From contig JBILDU010000002.1 of assembly GCA_044352465.1 (NCBI GenBank), forward strand, positions 1 to 64,000: a stretch of 64,000 bases of DNA, read 5' to 3'. Position numbers and translations under genes: made by a program. Below the pieces are notes generated by a model. It was not told the origin of the DNA. It saw nothing but the letters and a program-made list of their open reading frames with translations, and did no database searches. The DNA is from Bdellovibrionota bacterium (GTDB taxonomy: Bacteria > Bdellovibrionota_C > UBA2361). Each line of letters opens with the position of its first letter. Position 1 is the first letter of the stretch. Below, one piece after another: positions 59,183 through 64,000 of this stretch.

Positions 59183-60589
59183 GTGCAAAATCCTCCGTTC
59201 AAAAAAGTTCTTATTGCAAACCGTGGTGAGATCGCCGTTCGGGTGATTCGGGCGTGTCATGAGTTGGGGATCCGCACGGTGGCGGTCCACTCCAAGGCCG
59301 ATGAGTCGGCGCTGCACGTCAAACTCGCCTCTGAAAGCGTCTGTATCGGCCCAGCGCTGGCGAAGGATAGTTACCTGAATATCGCTTCGATTATGGCAGC
59401 GGCGGTGGCGACGCGAGCCGATGCGATACATCCGGGGTACGGTTTTCTCAGTGAAAATGCGGCTTTTGCCGAGATATGCGGAAGCTGCGGTATCACCTTT
59501 ATTGGTCCGACCGTCCGCAATATGCGCGTCATGGGTGATAAGGCCCGAGCGCGGCGTGCTGCTGATAAAGCGGGTGTCCCCACGATTCCAGGGGACAGTC
59601 GCGGTTTGCTCGACGTCGATGAGGCGATGAAGATCGCTGAAAGGGCTGGATTTCCGGTCCTCCTGAAGGCCTGCGCTGGTGGTGGTGGGCGTGGCATGAA
59701 GATCGTCCAGAACCCCGATGAGTTCGCGGCTCTTTTTAGCACCGCACAACGGGAAGTTGAGGCGGCCTTCGGTGATGGGCATCTCCTCGTGGAGAAGTAT
59801 CTTCCGCGGGTTCGTCACGTTGAGGTGCAGCTTGCCGGTGACCTCTTTCATAACATCATCCACTTAGGGGTGCGGGATTGCTCGATTCAGCGCCGCTATC
59901 AAAAAGTTATCGAGGAGTCCCCGAGCCCCGGTTTGCCGCTTGAGGTCCAAGAGCAGATTCAAAACGCTGCAGTTGAAGTCGCCAAGTCGGTGAACTATTC
60001 CAACGTGGGAACGGTTGAGTTCTTAGTCGATCTCAACACGATGAAATTTTATTTCATCGAGATGAATACTCGGCTCCAGGTCGAGCATCCGGTGACCGAG
60101 ATGGCAACCGATACCGATCTCGTTAAGGAGCAGATTCGGCTCGCTGCAGGGTTGGAGCTTTCGATTGCGCAGAAGGATGTGGTCATTACCGGTCACACCA
60201 TGGAGGCGCGAATTAATGCTGAAGATCCGCGGCGTCTTATACCTTCGCCGGGGTTGATCCAGAGCTATCATCCCCCCGGCGGGCATGGAGTGCGGGTCGA
60301 TTCGGCGCTTTACAGCGGTTATACGGTGCAGCCGTATTACGACTCGTTGGTGTCCAAGCTCATCGTGCGGGCGCGTGATCGGGCCTCGTGCATTCAAAAG
60401 CTCCTTGTGGCGCTCGATGAATACATCATCGAGGGGATTAACACGAACATCGAGTTGCACCGGCGGATATTGCGCCACCCTGATTTCCAGAGCGGAAATT
60501 TTTACACGAAGTTTCTCGAACACGTGCCTATGTTTCCGAAGGATGAGGGATGCGCGGATACAGCCACACGCTCAGGAGCGTCTGCCTAA
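59183..60589 (+). CDS. accC: Biotin carboxylase
   Basis: ANRGEIA, HPGYGFLSEN, GGGGRGM, RDCSIQRR, EMNTRLQVEH. Confidence 0.97.
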   Translation: MQNPPFKKVLIANRGEIAVRVIRACHELGIRTVAVHSKADESALHVKLASESVCIGPALAKDSYLNIASIMAAAVATRADAIHPGYGFLSENAAFAEICGSCGITFIGPTVRNMRVMGDKARARRAADKAGVPTIPGDSRGLLDVDEAMKIAERAGFPVLLKACAGGGGRGMKIVQNPDEFAALFSTAQREVEAAFGDGHLLVEKYLPRVRHVEVQLAGDLFHNIIHLGVRDCSIQRRYQKVIEESPSPGLPLEVQEQIQNAAVEVAKSVNYSNVGTVEFLVDLNTMKFYFIEMNTRLQVEHPVTEMATDTDLVKEQIRLAAGLELSIAQKDVVITGHTMEARINAEDPRRLIPSPGLIQSYHPPGGHGVRVDSALYSGYTVQPYYDSLVSKLIVRARDRASCIQKLLVALDEYIIEGINTNIELHRRILRHPDFQSGNFYTKFLEHVPMFPKDEGCADTATRSGASA

Positions 60590-60603
60590 GGGCGCCTACC
60601 AGA

Positions 60604-61614
60604 ATGCAATTTTGGGGACTCGCAATCGCTTTGATGATTGGCGGGTTAAGTGCGCCGCTCGGCGCATGGGGGCAGTCGAGCACCCCGCGACCTCACGCAG
60701 TTGCGCCCGAAGCAACCTTTCATTTCGGCACGGTTGCGCAGGGTACCAAGGTGAAGCACGAGTTTAAGATTAGGAACGAGGGGTCCGGTCCCTTCCATAT
60801 TCAGCGGGTCGTGCCGTCCTGCGGTTGTACCGCCTCGGCGGCGGATCAAGCGACCGTATTTCCAGGTGGCGAGTCCACGGTTCGGGTCGAATTTGATACG
60901 ACCGGTTTCTCGGGCGATCAGACCAAAACCGTGCGCGTATTAACAAGCGATTCGGAGCGGCCCTCGATCGATCTGGCGGTCAAGGGGACCATACTCGCCG
61001 ATGTGGTTGCTGAACCTGCGTATGTCTCCTTTGGCGACCTCTTTGTGGGGCCTCAGGGCAGCCCGGCCAAAACCGTTACGGTAAGCGTTCGTGAGGGGGC
61101 CTCCGTGCGCTTGGGAGAGGTGAAGGGGTGGTCGAAGTCGCTCGCAGTAACGGAGACGGTGAAGGAGTCGACGCGGCGGGTTCTCTCGATTCAGCTTCGC
61201 GACGGGGTGAAGCCGGGAGAGTTGCGCGACCGAATTGTGGTCACGCTCGTCACACCTCAGGGTGAGGGGACGCTGAATATCCCTGTAGTCGCCTCGGTGA
61301 AGAGCGAGGTCTTTGTAAGGCCGATGAGTCTCTCTTTCGGGGTCATCAGCGGGAGCGAGCCGATCGTGCGAAAGGCGACTCTGAGTAACCTGGGAGCGCG
61401 ACCGCTCCAGATACGTTCGATCACCTCAAGCCATCCCGGAGTGGTGGCTCGGTTTTCGCCGGTTGATGCGACCGGTAATTTTATCCTAGAAGTTGCTCTC
61501 GATCCCACGCAAATTACGAGCGATTTTAAAGGCGAGTTGACTATAATCACCGATAGGCAGGACCTGCCTCCCATGGCATTACATGTATATGGGATCGTTC
61601 CGCCCCGCCTCTAA
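60604..61614 (+). CDS. Exported DUF1573-like Ig-repeat protein
   Basis: FGTV..G..V.HEF.I.N.G, SCGCT, then further Ig-like repeats. Confidence 0.8.
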   Translation: MQFWGLAIALMIGGLSAPLGAWGQSSTPRPHAVAPEATFHFGTVAQGTKVKHEFKIRNEGSGPFHIQRVVPSCGCTASAADQATVFPGGESTVRVEFDTTGFSGDQTKTVRVLTSDSERPSIDLAVKGTILADVVAEPAYVSFGDLFVGPQGSPAKTVTVSVREGASVRLGEVKGWSKSLAVTETVKESTRRVLSIQLRDGVKPGELRDRIVVTLVTPQGEGTLNIPVVASVKSEVFVRPMSLSFGVISGSEPIVRKATLSNLGARPLQIRSITSSHPGVVARFSPVDATGNFILEVALDPTQITSDFKGELTIITDRQDLPPMALHVYGIVPPRL

Positions 61615-63412
61615 GCGCGCTCAACACGGTTATTTCGCCCGGGCAACAGTCGGCACCGCCTCGTGTGGCTTCTTGGTGCTCGGCATCGCCTTTCTTCTTA
61701 CGATTTTATTGCTTCCCGCGGTCGGAGTGTCTCAGGGGGTTACCGTTGGTGGTCTTTCATTCCCTGTTGAGGCGATTGATCGAGCGAGCGGGGGAGAGGT
61801 TCTTGTTCGACTCGGGGGGGTCGAGACCCTGACAACGAGCGAGGCAGTCGAGCGTTTCGTCGTTGAGACGACCCTCGGTGACCAGAAATTAGCCTTGCGC
61901 TTGGAAGCGGCCGCCCTTCTCCGCTTTGCTGAGGAGTGCTTTAAGCGGGAGCAGTTCGAGTGGGCCGGGCTCGCCCTTCGAGCGATGCGGTGGCGTCCCG
62001 CCGCAATCGAGGATGACCTTGTGGAGAGTTTCGATGTTTTGAGTGAGGGAAGCTCGCTGACGAGCGGGGTTGATCGCGTCGCCCGTGCGGCGTTACTGCC
62101 TCTCTTTGAGCCGGAGCGGTATCCGCGCCTGACCGCCCGGCTTGTCCTGGCCGCCGGCGTACGGGCGCCGGACTGGGTGCGGCAGTTCGCTATCGCGTAT
62201 GCGTACGGGGCTGAGCGGGCGATGAAAGAGCGCTTACAATCGGAACTGACCGAACGATTGCGCCGACGCGACCTTGAGGGCGCGGCTTTTTTCGCGGTAT
62301 TCGCCCGTGAGGTTTACGGTCAAGACAAGGTGTTCGTACAATCGCTGGCGTTGAGGATAGAGCGTTTTGGTGAGATCCTCCGCGCGGTAACCGAGGGCAA
62401 CGTCGATGCGCTTGGACGAGCTTTAGCGACAGAGATAGCTGATTCCGATCTGCGGGCACTGGTAGGTCCTCTCGCGATGGAGGGGCTTCACATGGCCGCA
62501 ACCCGTTCGCTTGAGGCAGGAGACCTGGATGGAGCGCTTGAGATCCTCGCCCGTGTCGACACGCTGAAACGAACCCCCACGACTCATCAGTTGACGTCCA
62601 CCGCGCTTGAGCGGCTTTATCCCCGTCCCGGGTCAGCGTTGCAGCGGGCCGAGGTGCTTAACTACCTTGACTTTATAGCTCGTCACGATGACTCATTGGC
62701 GCAGCTATACAAACGAAAGCTCACCGAGGCGATCGATCTCCTCCTCGAAGCGGGGAAGGGTAACGAGAGTGAGCCGTTACTTGATCGGTTAAAGCAACTC
62801 GTTGGATCCTCTGATCCGTTACTCGATACAATCCGCGTGCGCCAAGCTCGGGCCTATTTCGGGGCGGGGTTTCACTCCTCGGCTGAACGGAAGCTCCGGG
62901 AAGTTTCGGCGGGCAGTTTTAGGGCGATGTTTTTGCGGTTCCAGCTCGCCATCGTGAACATGTCGGTAGAGACGCTCGGAGTTCTTCTCTTGCTCTGTTT
63001 TCTCTTGATAGTCCGTATGCTCGTTTCGATCAAGCGAGGGGGGCCTTCGAATCTTAAGTCGGAGCGGCTCGCGGGAGACCCGTCGCGGAGCTCGAGCCGC
63101 GGAGTGGGTGGGGGATCGGGGGCGACCCTTTCTCAGCCGGATGAAGAGGATGCGCCGCGTGGATTCGTCGTCAATGAGTTGCGGCGAATGAGTCCGAGCG
63201 CCCAAGAATACCAGCGTTGTCTTGCGGTGCTTGGTCTAACGCCCCACGCCGATTTGAGAGCGATTAAGAATGCCTACCGGAAACTCGTAAAAGATGTGCA
63301 CCCCGACCGGCATAAGAATCAAGACGAGGAGGCCTCCAATCGCTTTATTGAGCTCACTCGAACCTACGACCGCATTCTCGAGTTGCGCAAAGAATTTCGC
63401 TACGAGGATTGA
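61583..63412 (+). CDS. Membrane protein with C-terminal DnaJ (J) domain
   Basis: N-terminal hydrophobic segment, helical body, TM, VLGL..IKNAYRKLVK..HPD; true start uncertain. Confidence 0.85.
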   Translation: MYMGSFRPASKRAQHGYFARATVGTASCGFLVLGIAFLLTILLLPAVGVSQGVTVGGLSFPVEAIDRASGGEVLVRLGGVETLTTSEAVERFVVETTLGDQKLALRLEAAALLRFAEECFKREQFEWAGLALRAMRWRPAAIEDDLVESFDVLSEGSSLTSGVDRVARAALLPLFEPERYPRLTARLVLAAGVRAPDWVRQFAIAYAYGAERAMKERLQSELTERLRRRDLEGAAFFAVFAREVYGQDKVFVQSLALRIERFGEILRAVTEGNVDALGRALATEIADSDLRALVGPLAMEGLHMAATRSLEAGDLDGALEILARVDTLKRTPTTHQLTSTALERLYPRPGSALQRAEVLNYLDFIARHDDSLAQLYKRKLTEAIDLLLEAGKGNESEPLLDRLKQLVGSSDPLLDTIRVRQARAYFGAGFHSSAERKLREVSAGSFRAMFLRFQLAIVNMSVETLGVLLLLCFLLIVRMLVSIKRGGPSNLKSERLAGDPSRSSSRGVGGGSGATLSQPDEEDAPRGFVVNELRRMSPSAQEYQRCLAVLGLTPHADLRAIKNAYRKLVKDVHPDRHKNQDEEASNRFIELTRTYDRILELRKEFRYED

Positions 63413-64000
63413 TGGGCCTCTCCTCGGGGGCTGAGCGGCTGCTATCGTCAAAAAACCTTCCGAAAACGCATTGGGTTGAAGAGACCGCCCGGAAAATAGC
63501 CTAGCCAGGGTTTGGAGGTGTTTTTTATAACCCTGAAAGTGGTGTCAGATAATAATGGTGTTTTTAGGTAGTTATCGCTTCTTCTCGGTGCAAGGACCTG
63601 CGCCTTCCTGAGTCGTGCTTAATGGGATGATGCCAACCAGGGGCCATTAGATCTTCGTCGCAATGCTTGATTAGGAATCGTTAAGGGGATACCTTTTTGA
63701 GGCATCTCCAGGCGCTCCTCTCCAAAAGCAATCGATTCCGGGGAGCGTTTTCTCGATGCCTGTGCTCTTTTTCGTGTCTTTTCAGTGTTTCTTTTCGGTG
63801 TTTCTTTTCGGTGGGTCTTAAGAGACCTGTCCGTCCAGTTAACCTTCAATGGTGGTGGTCGAGCGGTGATGCCGCTTCGGGCTCTGAACGAGAGAGCCCG
63901 GCAGTGTAGTTTGAGCAATATATGGTGACAGTAGTACAGGTCTCCCGTTTGATCGGGGCTTTTCTTCTCAGCGGTGGTATTTTCCTGACCCCCGTTCGGT

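Noticed and set aside
63762..63813. About four degenerate GTGTTTCTTTTCG units near the window end
   Set aside because: Short and low-complexity; the overlapping ORFs are unconvincing and the context is cut off.

Overview
A 64 kb GC-rich bacterial window, apparently starting at a contig end (poly-C at 5-19). Gene content (type IVa pilus pilMNO/pilQ, CpaB, orphan flagellin, Gld-like ABC system, Pro/Thr-linker surface proteins) suggests a 'deltaproteobacterial'/Bdellovibrionota-like organism (inference only). The first ~4.5 kb is accessory: a degraded IS66, an AT-richer secreted double-DUF4394-like gene and an IS3 remnant. The rest is mostly housekeeping and envelope genes (pdxH, SURF1, two FabH-like genes, O-antigen ligase, Hpt plus dual receiver, metH, GT4, uup, S8 protease plus partner, RRM protein, ampD, flagellin, cpaB, gldAFG-like plus DUF4340, PBP1A, cyclophilin, vWA protein, priA, pilMNO, pilQ, accBC, DUF1573, J-domain protein). 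I found no rRNA, tRNA or CRISPR array. Main observations: (1) a 119-bp non-coding element present twice (118/119 identical, inverted), built of two homologous CTAG-bounded hairpins that differ by compensatory base-pair changes; (2) a tandem FabH pair whose first copy lacks all three catalytic residues (PqsB/PqsC-like heterodimer hypothesis); (3) an unannotated 31-aa hydrophobic ORF behind a sigma28-like promoter shared with the Hpt/receiver operon; (4) a pil operon lacking pilP; (5) a cyclophilin lacking its catalytic Arg. All family calls come from motif recognition by eye; no database searches were run.
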